Shown here: in pieces, positions 1-9,801 of the stretch
Layout: each line of letters opens with the position of its first letter
How positions within the stretch are numbered: position 1 is the stretch's first letter
From: an uncultured Methanoregulaceae archaeon
GTDB taxonomy: Archaea > Halobacteriota > Methanomicrobia > Methanomicrobiales > Methanospirillaceae
NCBI GenBank assembly: GCA_963705255.1
Contig: OY970061.1
Coordinates: 832,001 to 896,000, forward strand
Length of the DNA stretch: 64,000 nt
Direction of reading: 5' to 3'
Notes under the pieces: generated by a model
The model's input: only the letters and a program-made list of their open reading frames with translations
The model's database searches: none
What the model was told of the DNA's origin: nothing
Made by a program: the position numbers and the translations under genes

Positions 1-10
1 GATTAATTTT

Positions 11-838
11 TTATCGGTACTCTGTTTTCTTTTCAATAAATTCTCGGAATTCTGGGTACTTTTGGTAAATTTCATCTGGAAACGTTGAAAAATTAATTAA
101 AAAATCTTGGCCAATATTATACGGATTTAAATCCGTTTTTGGATCTATTTTCCCATTTATTAAGAAAATAAATGCAATAAAATATGGAACTGTAATACCC
201 TTTTCTTGTAAAAATGGTCTCATAATATTTCGAAAAATTGGGAGAGTCTCAGTGCTGATAAAGTGTATATACTCTCTCTCTTGGGTGTCATAATCTTCAA
301 TATACTCAAATATTTTCTTAATATGCATTCTAAAAACAGGTTCTTCATAGTTTTCATTAATTTTAATAGCTTCAAATTTTGATTTAAAATACTCTGACGT
401 TGTAGAGAATTGTTCGTCGGAAAAAAGTCTAAAAACTTTGACATGATTTAGGGTATAGTCATTTAACCAAACGTTTCGTTTATCCTGTATTTTTTGTTTA
501 TGGTTTTTTACATCTTGTTCAAAGGGAACTAAAATATTTCTAGCAATCTCTTCGACTTTGGCAGATCTCCTTTCCAGAGAGTGTAATTCCAATTCCCTAG
601 TAAGTAATTCTAAAGTTTCTTGATTTACTTCTAATATTTTTTCTGTGGTGAATGCATAATGAGAGTTCACTCTCAACAAACTTTCAGTTGTAATCGCGTA
701 ATATGCTGTAATAATAACCAAAATTCCAGTAACTGCAACGGTAGCCCAAGCCGAATCTCTAATTATCGTTGCAAAAATTAAAAGAAAGATGAAAGACCAA
801 CAAATAACTGAAAAAATAAACAATGTTGATTTTCTCAT
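11..838 (-). CDS. Hypothetical protein with two N-terminal TM helices (island cargo)
   Basis: 275-aa AT-rich ORF; hydrophobic N-terminus followed by a helical soluble region; no family recognised. Confidence 0.6.
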   Translation of the reverse strand: MRKSTLFIFSVICWSFIFLLIFATIIRDSAWATVAVTGILVIITAYYAITTESLLRVNSHYAFTTEKILEVNQETLELLTRELELHSLERRSAKVEEIARNILVPFEQDVKNHKQKIQDKRNVWLNDYTLNHVKVFRLFSDEQFSTTSEYFKSKFEAIKINENYEEPVFRMHIKKIFEYIEDYDTQEREYIHFISTETLPIFRNIMRPFLQEKGITVPYFIAFIFLINGKIDPKTDLNPYNIGQDFLINFSTFPDEIYQKYPEFREFIEKKTEYR

Positions 839-891
839 AACTCCCGCCAGTGAATAGCGTATCGATTTTTATAAGTTAAAGATTAGTATGG

Positions 892-1134
892 TTGGTTCTG
901 CGAGGGAAAATTATGTTTACAGAAGTAAACACATGTAACGAAAGACGAAGTGGTTTCCATCAGGCTGGAAAAACCCACAAAGAATTATTTCAACAGTTTA
1001 TGCTTTATTTCGGAAGTTCGGAGAGTGAAGTAATTCGAAACTTGGCTCTTCGATGGATCGAGAGCAATATCACAAACCCCAACATTGAAGACTTGGCAAG
1101 ACGTGGATTATTGCAACTAAAAGTTGAAAAATGA
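892..1134 (+). CDS. Small ribbon-helix-helix/CopG-like DNA-binding protein
   Basis: FGSSESEVIRNLALRWI resembles RHH helix 2; lies directly upstream of kwaA. Confidence 0.5.
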   Translation: MVLRGKIMFTEVNTCNERRSGFHQAGKTHKELFQQFMLYFGSSESEVIRNLALRWIESNITNPNIEDLARRGLLQLKVEK

Positions 1135-1155
1135 CGAGGCAACTAAGGTATTATT

Positions 1156-1731
1156 ATGAGAACCTGGGTAAAAATAGGATTATTCCTAAGCGCGTATTTT
1201 CCCTTGTTTCTTATTTTAGCCGTAAAAAATTGGTTTAATATCTATGCTATGGCGCTATGCATCGCCGCCGCGATTTATTCCATATCTGTTTGGTGGTTGC
1301 TTCTATACCTAGTACGGAGAAATACATTTGATATATATAAAGTTGTTAAAATAGAGGATAAAACAAAAGATACCTTGTCTTATCTCATACCGTATATTAT
1401 TTCATTTATGGGGATTGACTTCACACAATGGAAAGATCTGGTTGCTCTGGCGATTTTATTGGTTATTTTGTTTGTGGTATATATCAATTCAGATCTTTTG
1501 TATGTAAATCCCTTACTTTCATTTTTTAATTATAGATTCTATTCAGCAGAAGTAACAAAATTGTCGTATATAGGAAATCCAATACGTAACTTTACAATTA
1601 TTACACAAAATAATATAAAAGTAGATAACACTATCTATGTTTGGGATGTTTGGGAAAACGTAGTCTTTGAGCGTGAATTGGATGAAAGTGATATTACAGG
1701 GTCTGGAAGGGGTCTGACAAGAAACTTGTAA
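1156..1731 (+). CDS. kwaA: Kiwa anti-phage system membrane protein KwaA-like
   Basis: 4 TM segments; motifs LSAYFPLF, LSYLIPYI and LYVNPLL; followed by a DUF4868-like gene. Confidence 0.7.
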   Translation: MRTWVKIGLFLSAYFPLFLILAVKNWFNIYAMALCIAAAIYSISVWWLLLYLVRRNTFDIYKVVKIEDKTKDTLSYLIPYIISFMGIDFTQWKDLVALAILLVILFVVYINSDLLYVNPLLSFFNYRFYSAEVTKLSYIGNPIRNFTIITQNNIKVDNTIYVWDVWENVVFERELDESDITGSGRGLTRNL

Positions 1732-2666
1732 AACTCTTTTTTATCAAAAAAATTCACAATAGGAAGGAAAACACAGTATCGTATGATTTTCTAAAATCTA
1801 TAATTAGTTTAGAGATCGGAGATGATTTATTAGTCAACGCTATTAATCAAATTTCCAAGAAGATAGGAAAATTCGAAGTACAAAATTATAATATCCTTCC
1901 TGCATCAGACGAAAAAATTATCGAGACGTTGCCACTTAAAGAAGTTCCACATCTTTTAGAATTTGTTGATGCCCTCTCAAATAAAGATTTGAAGATGATT
2001 ACCGATGTTGATTTTTCAAAAACAACCGGATATATTGTTAGAATTGAGAACAAGAGTAATACAATATATCTTTTTAAAAGACATACATCGAACGAATTAC
2101 TCGACAAAGGGAAATCATCATTAGTTTGGGGAAAAGAGGGTAGTTTTAGTCGAATTGAAGATAATATTATTACAATTGCAAAAACATATGACGCTGCACT
2201 TTTAGTGCCCACTCCCAAAACAAAAGATAATTTCACAACAGAAGAGAAATTAGAGTTCGAATCATCTCTTGTGTATATTTTTGAACATTCTCAATTTGAA
2301 TATCTATTTGGATTTAAAGAATATTTTTCTTCAGAAATTACAGCTAATAAAATGTATCTTGAAGAATCAAAACTGGTGGAGTCTGAAGAGACACTTATCC
2401 AATGTTGCGGTGATGATGCCAGAAGAATAAGAAAATTGGCGCGTATTTTGAAAAACAAAGGATTACACTTACTCAAATTAGAGAGAATTCAAAGCGTAAT
2501 ATCAGAATGGGGTTTACCCGTTGAATTTTCAAAAGATAATAAAATGGTTGTCACTCAGGAAAATATAGGACAGATCCTCCATCTTCTTGATGACGACTTT
2601 TCAAAATCCGAAATTACCGATAAACTATACAAAATGTACTCAAAACAAGAATATGCTCAAAAATAA
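1682..2666 (+). CDS. kwaB: Kiwa KwaB-like (DUF4868) protein, apparent +1 frameshift near the 5' end
   Basis: Frame of ORF 1929..2666 is open back to ~1692; ATG 1682 joins it if one G of GGGG (1709-1712) is removed; C-terminal LLDDDFSKSEIT is KwaB-like. Confidence 0.65.
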
Positions 2667-2672
2667 ATTTTA

Positions 2673-2783
2673 TTAGACCGTAGATTTTTCCTTCATAATC
2701 TGCATCGGAGTTTTGTACCCGAGTTTCTGGATCTCGCGCTCGTTGTTGAACCACTGCCGGAACTCCTCAAGGTTGTCCTTAAG
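2673..2783 (-). mobile_element. Remnant of a DDE (integrase-core, IS3/IS481-like) transposase C-terminus
   Basis: Minus strand reads LKDNLEEFRQWFNNEREIQKLGYKTPMQIMKEKSTV*, matching the N-x-x-R...LGYKTP signature. Confidence 0.6.
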
Positions 2784-3070
2784 TGTGGTGTTAAATGACA
2801 TCGTATACCTTTTGTGATTCAGCGGTTCTGTTGCGTTGTCGGGATTTTTCCTTTTTAATACCCCACTATTGATGGAGGGACTTTTGAAAAGAGATGATAA
2901 GTTGTGGGGTCTTTAAATTGAATAATTGAATGCTTTCGGCGTTTAGTCAAACTAAAAAAAATAGGAACAATTCTTTTTTTTTTAATTTTTTGTATGCCCA
3001 GTAAGGTTGCTAGTGCAATCTCCATGTGAAATAGGAGGGGTTATTTCCCTCCCACGAGAGGTATACCTCT

Positions 3071-3223
3071 CTAACGAGATAGTCTCTGGCAATTAGTCGT
3101 GAAGAGACTACCACCAATATTGTCGTGGTACCATTCTTCTACTAGGGATTTCCCTATTGAGGCAAATACATATGATGCCCCGAGAAGAATTATTGCCAGA
3201 ACTATCTTCTGATCGTCATCCAT
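3071..3223 (-). CDS. 50-aa single-TM small protein (not in the ORF track)
   Basis: AGGAGGTG SD at 3233-3240, then MDDDQKIVLAIILLGASYVFASIGKSLVEEWYHDNIGGSLFTTNCQRLSR*. Confidence 0.6.
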   Translation of the reverse strand: MDDDQKIVLAIILLGASYVFASIGKSLVEEWYHDNIGGSLFTTNCQRLSR

Positions 3224-3609
3224 GGCGATTAACACCTCCTTAATGGATTTCGTTCGTCTATCTAAACAGCAATCCTTTTCTCAGTTGAAGTAGAAGAGAT
3301 ATACATAACTCTACTACTTTGTTAGCACCGGATGGATTGCAACCTTAATCCGGAGCGATCCCTTGTTCCGCCGCGAGTTCGCATCTCTACGACAGAACAA
3401 CCTAAGCTTTCTGTTTTTCGAATATTTATAGTAGCTAAGTTGTGACTAAAAAATACGTGTCGTACGTACGCCAAATCACCACAGGCGCGCATATAAGGCG
3501 TATTTAGAACAATTTATGTTTGTTTATTTTTTTTATACTTCTCTTGCTACTTCTTCCAATAATAGGATCTTCACTTTTTTCCCAATCCATTTCTTCGGCA
3601 AGAACACTC

Positions 3610-4089
3610 TTAATAACATATCAATGGGATTATCAAAAATCCAAAAATTAACCCGATTAACCAGCCAATTGCCCCGAAAGAAGGAATATTTTGCATTATC
3701 GGCTTTATACTACCACCGGTAAAATATCTTGGATAAAATTCTTTATTCTCTGGGTTGGTACGAAAATCATTATCAATTTTAAGTTCATTCTCCAAATTTA
3801 CAATTAATTTATCATAAAATCTCTGATATGAGAAGATTCGTTTTACAATAATATACCAGATTATTGATAAGATTACACCAAATAATGGAACGATTGTCCA
3901 TTTGATTTGAGTGAGAAAACAATCATTGCTTTGAAAAAGGGCAATTAATAATATAGCATTAGCTGCCCAAAATGCACTAAATACCATCCAAAATAAATTA
4001 TCATAATGCATTTTCATATTATAATAAATTTTCAATAGCTCAAAAAAATCTTGTAGATTGCCTTGTTGATTATTTATCTCCGTATCCAT
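3610..4089 (-). CDS. Small 3-TM membrane protein (RipA/SLATT-like effector fold, tentative)
   Basis: HYDNLFW..F..ANAILL, TM, helical linker, C-terminal TM. Confidence 0.5.
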   Translation of the reverse strand: MDTEINNQQGNLQDFFELLKIYYNMKMHYDNLFWMVFSAFWAANAILLIALFQSNDCFLTQIKWTIVPLFGVILSIIWYIIVKRIFSYQRFYDKLIVNLENELKIDNDFRTNPENKEFYPRYFTGGSIKPIMQNIPSFGAIGWLIGLIFGFLIIPLICY

Positions 4090-4110
4090 AAACCATCTCT
4101 TCTCTAAATA

Positions 4111-4350
4111 TCATCTTTCTTTATCATTTTCAACCGGATCCAAACGAAGAATTTTCACGCGTTCGAAGTGAGTTGTTACATCGGCGATATCTGCTCCGTC
4201 TTCCTCTCCTATTTGATAATCACGATTTAATTGAGATATTGTTTCTTGCGCTTGTCTTTGATTTAGCTCTAACTTTTGAATGAGAATGGTTCGTTGTTCC
4301 ACTGGTAAATTCAGAGGATTGTAAGTGAATGGGAATAGGCGGCAATCCAT
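4111..4350 (-). CDS. Hypothetical protein
   Basis: 79-aa ORF co-oriented with its neighbours. Confidence 0.4.
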   Translation of the reverse strand: MDCRLFPFTYNPLNLPVEQRTILIQKLELNQRQAQETISQLNRDYQIGEEDGADIADVTTHFERVKILRLDPVENDKER

Positions 4351-4393
4351 AATTTATCGCTGAATATATCCAGCCGTATAGAATTAACCTTTC

Positions 4394-5077
4394 CTAGATC
4401 GTCGCTTCTCTCTTCCTTTTTAAATGCCAATCGATCCAACTAATTCTTAATTTCTTTTTATTATCAAGCTTGAACTGAGTATTTTTCTTAAATTCATCGT
4501 CAATCTTATTATATTCTAATTCAATTGAATCCCATCTTAGATTGATTTTATCAACGGTTTCCTTAAAAAGACTATTAAATGTTATACTATCGCTGTTAGA
4601 GTCACCCTCTTCAAGAAGTTTAGTACATTTTTGAACATGCTCGTTACTAATAGATCTCATCTCCTCTTCGAGTGATTGTGTTTTTGCACAGAAATTTTTA
4701 CAATTATGATAAAATATCTTCAAATTATAATCTAAATCATGATTTAGATTTAGATTCATTCCAGAACTCATAAAATTATTATAAGAATCAAATTTAAAAA
4801 AATTATATGGATAACCGCCATATCCGGTGGAAAGCTCATTGTTGTCAATCCATTCAAATATCCTTGTGGCAACCCACACTGCTTTTACTTTTTTCACACG
4901 TTTAATGAAATTTGGTAATTTCTTTCGGTTATGTTCAATTTCCACAAACAATGACTCAATAGCATCATTATATTTTAGTCTCTTATCCTCGATATGTGTA
5001 TATTTTATGGTTAAAATAGCAGTCAATAACCCAGTAGCAATCCCTAAAAAGGTAGTTGTTATATCATCAAGAACCAT
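4394..5077 (-). CDS. Hypothetical protein with N-terminal TM anchor
   Basis: 227-aa AT-rich ORF; TM then a helical domain. Confidence 0.6.
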   Translation of the reverse strand: MVLDDITTTFLGIATGLLTAILTIKYTHIEDKRLKYNDAIESLFVEIEHNRKKLPNFIKRVKKVKAVWVATRIFEWIDNNELSTGYGGYPYNFFKFDSYNNFMSSGMNLNLNHDLDYNLKIFYHNCKNFCAKTQSLEEEMRSISNEHVQKCTKLLEEGDSNSDSITFNSLFKETVDKINLRWDSIELEYNKIDDEFKKNTQFKLDNKKKLRISWIDWHLKRKREATI

Positions 5078-5243
5078 TATCTAAAAAATATCGTCTAGAA
5101 GATAAAAGGGATGCGGTCTTAAAATATCGCAACTTTTTCTTCATTCTCGTTAAATGGATACAATCATGATTATATCTACTCCATTCACGATATCCCATGC
5201 ATCACATAATAAAGCTCCGTTGAGTGTCAAACCCCCGGAAAAA

Positions 5244-5501
5244 TTATTTCCCCATCCCTTCGATAATCGCAACAACCTTCTTCCCGGCTTCAGTTGTCCG
5301 GTAATACCGGTCCCGATTTTCTTCCGGCGTCAGGCATTCCACGAGCCCGACTTTTTCCATTGCGTGGATGGTACGGTTTACCGCAGCCCGGTCGACACCA
5401 ATCATCTTCGCAAGTTCCGTTGTGGTGGTTGGACGAAGAAGGCCCTTGATCACTTTCCTTCTTACGCTCCCCCGTGTCACAAAACTCACGAGATTATACA
5501 T
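5244..5501 (-). CDS. Winged-helix (ArsR/MarR-like) transcriptional regulator
   Basis: TTTELAKMIGVDRAAVNRTIHAMEKVGLVEC...RYYRTTEAG. Confidence 0.85.
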   Translation of the reverse strand: MYNLVSFVTRGSVRRKVIKGLLRPTTTTELAKMIGVDRAAVNRTIHAMEKVGLVECLTPEENRDRYYRTTEAGKKVVAIIEGMGK

Positions 5502-5784
5502 TAATTGAACAAGGAATAGAATACGTATCAGGATGTTTGATAGATGTTTAACAAATTTTATCCCTTCTCCCGCCGATAACTATAATGGTGCCTGGTGAGA
5601 ATGAATCGAATACATGTGGATGTGAATATGTCCCTGAGCGGTCACCCCCGGCTTTTAACACTTGTTCCGATCTGGAACATTGTCGCTCCGAAGGGATTCA
5701 CCAGACACCAGTATTTACGGATATTGAGGGGGATTTTTCGTCGGGATCCCCATTTTTTGGAGTGCTTCCGAAATAACCCTTCTG

Positions 5785-6410
5785 TGGGCTCCGATTCCCT
5801 GTTTTTCCGGAAACAGAGGTAATAATTCGGGAAAATGCGGTAATAATTCATGTACTTCCGGTTATTTTTACGTCTGAAATCATGAGGTAATAAGTAGCAG
5901 TATTTGGACAGCGAAAACGGAGTGTGGATGGGTTTTAGGACATCCCTGGATTTTTCCCGGGCTGGAAATGCCACCTGGACCTTCTGGAAAAGTCTGGTCT
6001 TCTCCGTCGATATATGGAGGCAATCCGGAGTATCTCCTAACAGGGCCCGTATTGGGCTCCGATTCCCTGTTTTTCCGGAAACAGAGGTAATAATTCGGGA
6101 AAATGCGGTAATAATTCATGTACTTCCGGTTATTTTTACGTCTGAAATCATGAGGTAATAAGTAGCAGTATTTGGACAGCGAAAACGGAGTGTGGATGGG
6201 TTTTAGGACATCCCTGGATTTTTCCCGGGCTGGAAATGCCACCTGGACCTTCTGGAAAAGTCTGGTCTTCTCCGTCGATATATGGAGGCAATCCGGAGTA
6301 TCTCCTAACAGGGCCCGTATTGGGCTCCGATTCCCTGTTTTTCCGGGAATAGAGACAGTAATTCCGGAAAATGAGACGATAATTCATGCAATTCCGGTCA
6401 TTTTTACGTC
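5785..6410. repeat. 268-bp tandem repeat: two apparently identical copies and a diverged partial third
   Basis: gggctccgattccctgtttttccgg starts at 5786, 6054 and 6322 (period 268). Confidence 0.9.
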
Positions 6411-6912
6411 GGTGAGACAGAGACGCTATTTGGGTGTATTTGGGCGGGCGATCTCAGCCCGGATCGATATTCAGTATCAGCAACTCGGAAAAACATCGTT
6501 TTTCCTCAACGCTCGGGTCGGCCCGACCCTCACGTAAATGAAGGAAACCCCCTTTTCGGGGTCACACCCGGACGGGTTGCCGGGAACCGGAGGTGGTACC
6601 CCTCATGCACAAAGAGGGGTGGGGGGTGGGGTTGATCGAAAAGAGGATCCATTAGTTTCATGATTCGAACGCAGTTTGGTATAAATTATGCTAATGAGTT
6701 TATCCGGCAAGCAACTCTGACTGGAGTGCAAAAGTCAGATTTGAAATGTAAGGAGAAAATTTGAGCTAATTTGTAGTTTTAATTAATTAAAAATGAGAAC
6801 AAATCCTAAAAAAATCGAATGTCGGTCAATCCATTTTCAGATTCTTGATTTTTTATTGTATGACATTTTTATATTGTATTGGAAATTATCTTACTACAAG
6901 TGGGATTGAAAC

Positions 6913-8040
6913 ATGGGAGATATTGAGTACACTAAAGATTATGAAGGTATAGAAGATGAAGAAAGAGATGACATACCAATTGATTTTTGGGAGAGAAAAC
7001 AGCTTGAGTTAGTAACTAGTGTGGTAGATTACAATCTTGCGGGTCTTGCAGATTTAGTTAAAAAAAATAGTATTGATCGTATTGATCTCTCTCCAAAACA
7101 CCAAAGACGGTTACGATGGGATGATAAGCGACAGTCAAAACTTATTGAATCATTCTTAATGAATGTACCTGTTCCCCCAATTTTTCTCAATGAAGATTCA
7201 TACGGAAAATATTCAGTGATAGATGGAAAACAAAGACTTCTCACAATCTCAAAATTCTTTGAAAATGAGCTTGTTTTAACCGGGTTAAAAGTTTTTCAGG
7301 ATGTTAATGGAAAAACATTTTCTATACTTCCCACACGACTTCAAACGGTTCTAAGAACTCGTGTTACATTACGTTCAATAATTCTTTTGCGTCAATCCGA
7401 TCCAAAGATAAAATATGAAGTTTTTGAGCGACTGAATACAGGAGGAGTTAAACTAAATGCTCAAGAATTACGGAATAGTGTCTATCATGGGAAATTGAAT
7501 GATATGATATTAGAAATTTCAGAAAATAAAAAATTCCATCGTCTTTTAGGTATAAAAAACAAAGACCATTCTGCACTTTATCAAGAAATGAGAGATGCTG
7601 AATTAGTCTTGAGATATTTTACATATCGGAATAATTTAGACAGTTTTTCAAGTAAAATGCGACTAACGATGGATATATTTATGGAGCAGAATGTTAATCC
7701 TTCGGGAGAAGCATTAACAGAAATGAGAGAAGATTTTTTGAAAAACCTCGATATTGTTGAAGCTTGTTTTGGAGAATATGCATTTCAACGTTGGCAACCG
7801 GAATTGAAACGGTGGCGTAGATCGTTTTTAGCTTCTGCATATGACGCGCAGATGTTTGCTTGCAGAGAATTCTCTCTGGAAGATGTAAAAACAAAACGCA
7901 CTGAAATACTGAGTGGAGTGAAAAAGCTTTTCACAAATAAAGAGTTTAGGACAGCGATTGACGCTGCTACAAATACTCCCAGTTTCTTTAAAACAAGAAT
8001 TGATCTCATGAGAGAAATGATCGAAAATGTAATCCATTAA
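6913..8040 (+). CDS. DUF262 (ParB-like/GmrSD N-terminal) protein
   Basis: HQRRLRWD, LIESFLMNVPVPPIF, VIDGKQRL and FERLNTGG motifs. Confidence 0.9.
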   Translation: MGDIEYTKDYEGIEDEERDDIPIDFWERKQLELVTSVVDYNLAGLADLVKKNSIDRIDLSPKHQRRLRWDDKRQSKLIESFLMNVPVPPIFLNEDSYGKYSVIDGKQRLLTISKFFENELVLTGLKVFQDVNGKTFSILPTRLQTVLRTRVTLRSIILLRQSDPKIKYEVFERLNTGGVKLNAQELRNSVYHGKLNDMILEISENKKFHRLLGIKNKDHSALYQEMRDAELVLRYFTYRNNLDSFSSKMRLTMDIFMEQNVNPSGEALTEMREDFLKNLDIVEACFGEYAFQRWQPELKRWRRSFLASAYDAQMFACREFSLEDVKTKRTEILSGVKKLFTNKEFRTAIDAATNTPSFFKTRIDLMREMIENVIH

Positions 8041-8050
8041 TAGGATAATT

Positions 8051-8761
8051 ATGGCAAAACCTTCGAAAGCCCTTATCGATTTTCAAAATTCTCTAAAGAT
8101 GGCAGAGGAACTGCAAATACGCGAAAGAAAATCTAATAAAAATGAGATTCCTCAGCCACAAGATGAAAATTTTGTTTATGGATTGCGCGGAGGTTCGATC
8201 GTTTTAATGGTGGGGGCATTTGAAAATTTTTTAGAGGATTTAGTTGAAGAAAAGTTGGATTATCTGAATCAACACCAAAACTATCGCCCTGATAAATTAC
8301 CTACGGATTTGATATATTATAATTGTAAATTAACATTCGAAAAATCAAAAGAGAAAACAAATGATTATCCTAATAATTTGGACAAAATTCCAATTTACAA
8401 AAAAGCAGCCTCTTTAATAAATGATGAAAAAATTGATCCGAAATTATTCCGTTTGTTGGCTGATAGTAATCCGAATCCCAAAAAAGTGAAATATTTATTC
8501 GTAAGCGTGGGTATTCCTGATATCTTTAAAACTATTAAACCAAAATTCGATAAAAAATGGAATAGAGGCAATCCAAGAACAGGGATTGATATTTCCCAAG
8601 AACTTGGAACACTTGTAGAACGCCGCCATGAAGTGGCGCATAAGGCCTATGTGATGGGATTTAGTCGAGATGATCTAAAAAGGTATATCAGATTTCTTCG
8701 GGTATTAGCTCCTGTACTAGACCAAGAGTTAAACTCACATATTCAAAAGATGGTGAAATAA
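8051..8761 (+). CDS. HEPN-domain protein (RiboL-PSP/MAE_28990-like), putative RNase
   Basis: IVLMVGAFENFLEDL helix and R-x4-H motif RHEVAH; adjacent to DUF262. Confidence 0.75.
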   Translation: MAKPSKALIDFQNSLKMAEELQIRERKSNKNEIPQPQDENFVYGLRGGSIVLMVGAFENFLEDLVEEKLDYLNQHQNYRPDKLPTDLIYYNCKLTFEKSKEKTNDYPNNLDKIPIYKKAASLINDEKIDPKLFRLLADSNPNPKKVKYLFVSVGIPDIFKTIKPKFDKKWNRGNPRTGIDISQELGTLVERRHEVAHKAYVMGFSRDDLKRYIRFLRVLAPVLDQELNSHIQKMVK

Positions 8762-8807
8762 TTTTCACACTTCTTACGGAAAATTTACTTATTCAAAGAC
8801 GAAAACA

Positions 8808-9800
8808 GTGACTATGAGCAAAGCAGAATCTGATTTTAGTTTAATCGACACGACACAAACCAGGTTCTGTGACGGAGATATAGTAGTCCTTCGCACCAAG
8901 GAAGCATCCTTGGAAAAAAAGTTCGAAGCAAAAGTCAATGCTTGGAATCGTAGACCCGAAATTCTGAATACGGTCCATGAATTTTTCGAAGGGGATGCAA
9001 GGCTTATGGAAGGACTCGATTCTAACAAAAAAATTCACTTGGTTGTGACATCTCCGCCTTACTGGAACCTTAAAAAATATAGCGATAGCGGGGACGGTCT
9101 CCAACTAGGCCACATCGAATCTCGCGAGGAATTTCTTCACGAGCTTGGTAAAGTGTGGAAAAATTGTTTTGATCGACTTGTTCCGGGGGGACGAATGTGC
9201 GTCGTAGTTGGAGATGTATGCCGCTCACGCAAAAAGCATGGACGACACCTTGTTGATCCTCTGCACGCATACATTCAGGTCCAATGTCAAGAGATAGGAT
9301 TTGATCCACTTTCCCCAATAATCTGGAATAAAATTTCAAATGTGGTCACAGAAATGGAAGGAAATGGATCAACATTTCTCGGTAAACCATACGAGCCAAA
9401 TGGAATCGTAAAAAATGATATAGAATTTATTTTGCTTTTCCGGAAACCGGGCGGCTATCGTCATCCATCGCAGGATCAAAGGGATCTGAGTATGATTGAC
9501 CGGGAAGATCACGAGAAATGGTTCCAGCAGATCTGGACTGATATTCCGGGAGAGATCCAGAGGGCGCACCCGGCACCATTTCCTGTAGAGGTAGCCCGGA
9601 GATTGATCGGCATGTTCTCTTTTGTCGGGGATGTCGTTCTCGATCCTTTTGCCGGGACCGGGAATACAATCCAGGTCGCGATTAAAATGTACCGGAATTC
9701 AATCGGCATCGAATTAGAACCATCATACATGAGATATGCAGAAAAGCGCCTCAACGAAACACATACTCCGGTAATATTCCACTATAACGAAAGCAGGTAA
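8808..9800 (+). CDS. Beta-class amino (N4-C/N6-A) DNA methyltransferase
   Basis: Motif IV VTSPPYW precedes HPAPFP and motif I VLDPFAGTG. Confidence 0.93.
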   Translation: MTMSKAESDFSLIDTTQTRFCDGDIVVLRTKEASLEKKFEAKVNAWNRRPEILNTVHEFFEGDARLMEGLDSNKKIHLVVTSPPYWNLKKYSDSGDGLQLGHIESREEFLHELGKVWKNCFDRLVPGGRMCVVVGDVCRSRKKHGRHLVDPLHAYIQVQCQEIGFDPLSPIIWNKISNVVTEMEGNGSTFLGKPYEPNGIVKNDIEFILLFRKPGGYRHPSQDQRDLSMIDREDHEKWFQQIWTDIPGEIQRAHPAPFPVEVARRLIGMFSFVGDVVLDPFAGTGNTIQVAIKMYRNSIGIELEPSYMRYAEKRLNETHTPVIFHYNESR

Positions 9801-9801
9801 C

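Noticed and set aside
5785-6410. CRISPR array, or coding repeats (ORFs 5642..5974, 5880..6242, 5904..6158, 6148..6387)
   Set aside because: The unit is 268 bp with no unique spacers and is not a multiple of 3; the ORFs are by-products of the repeat.
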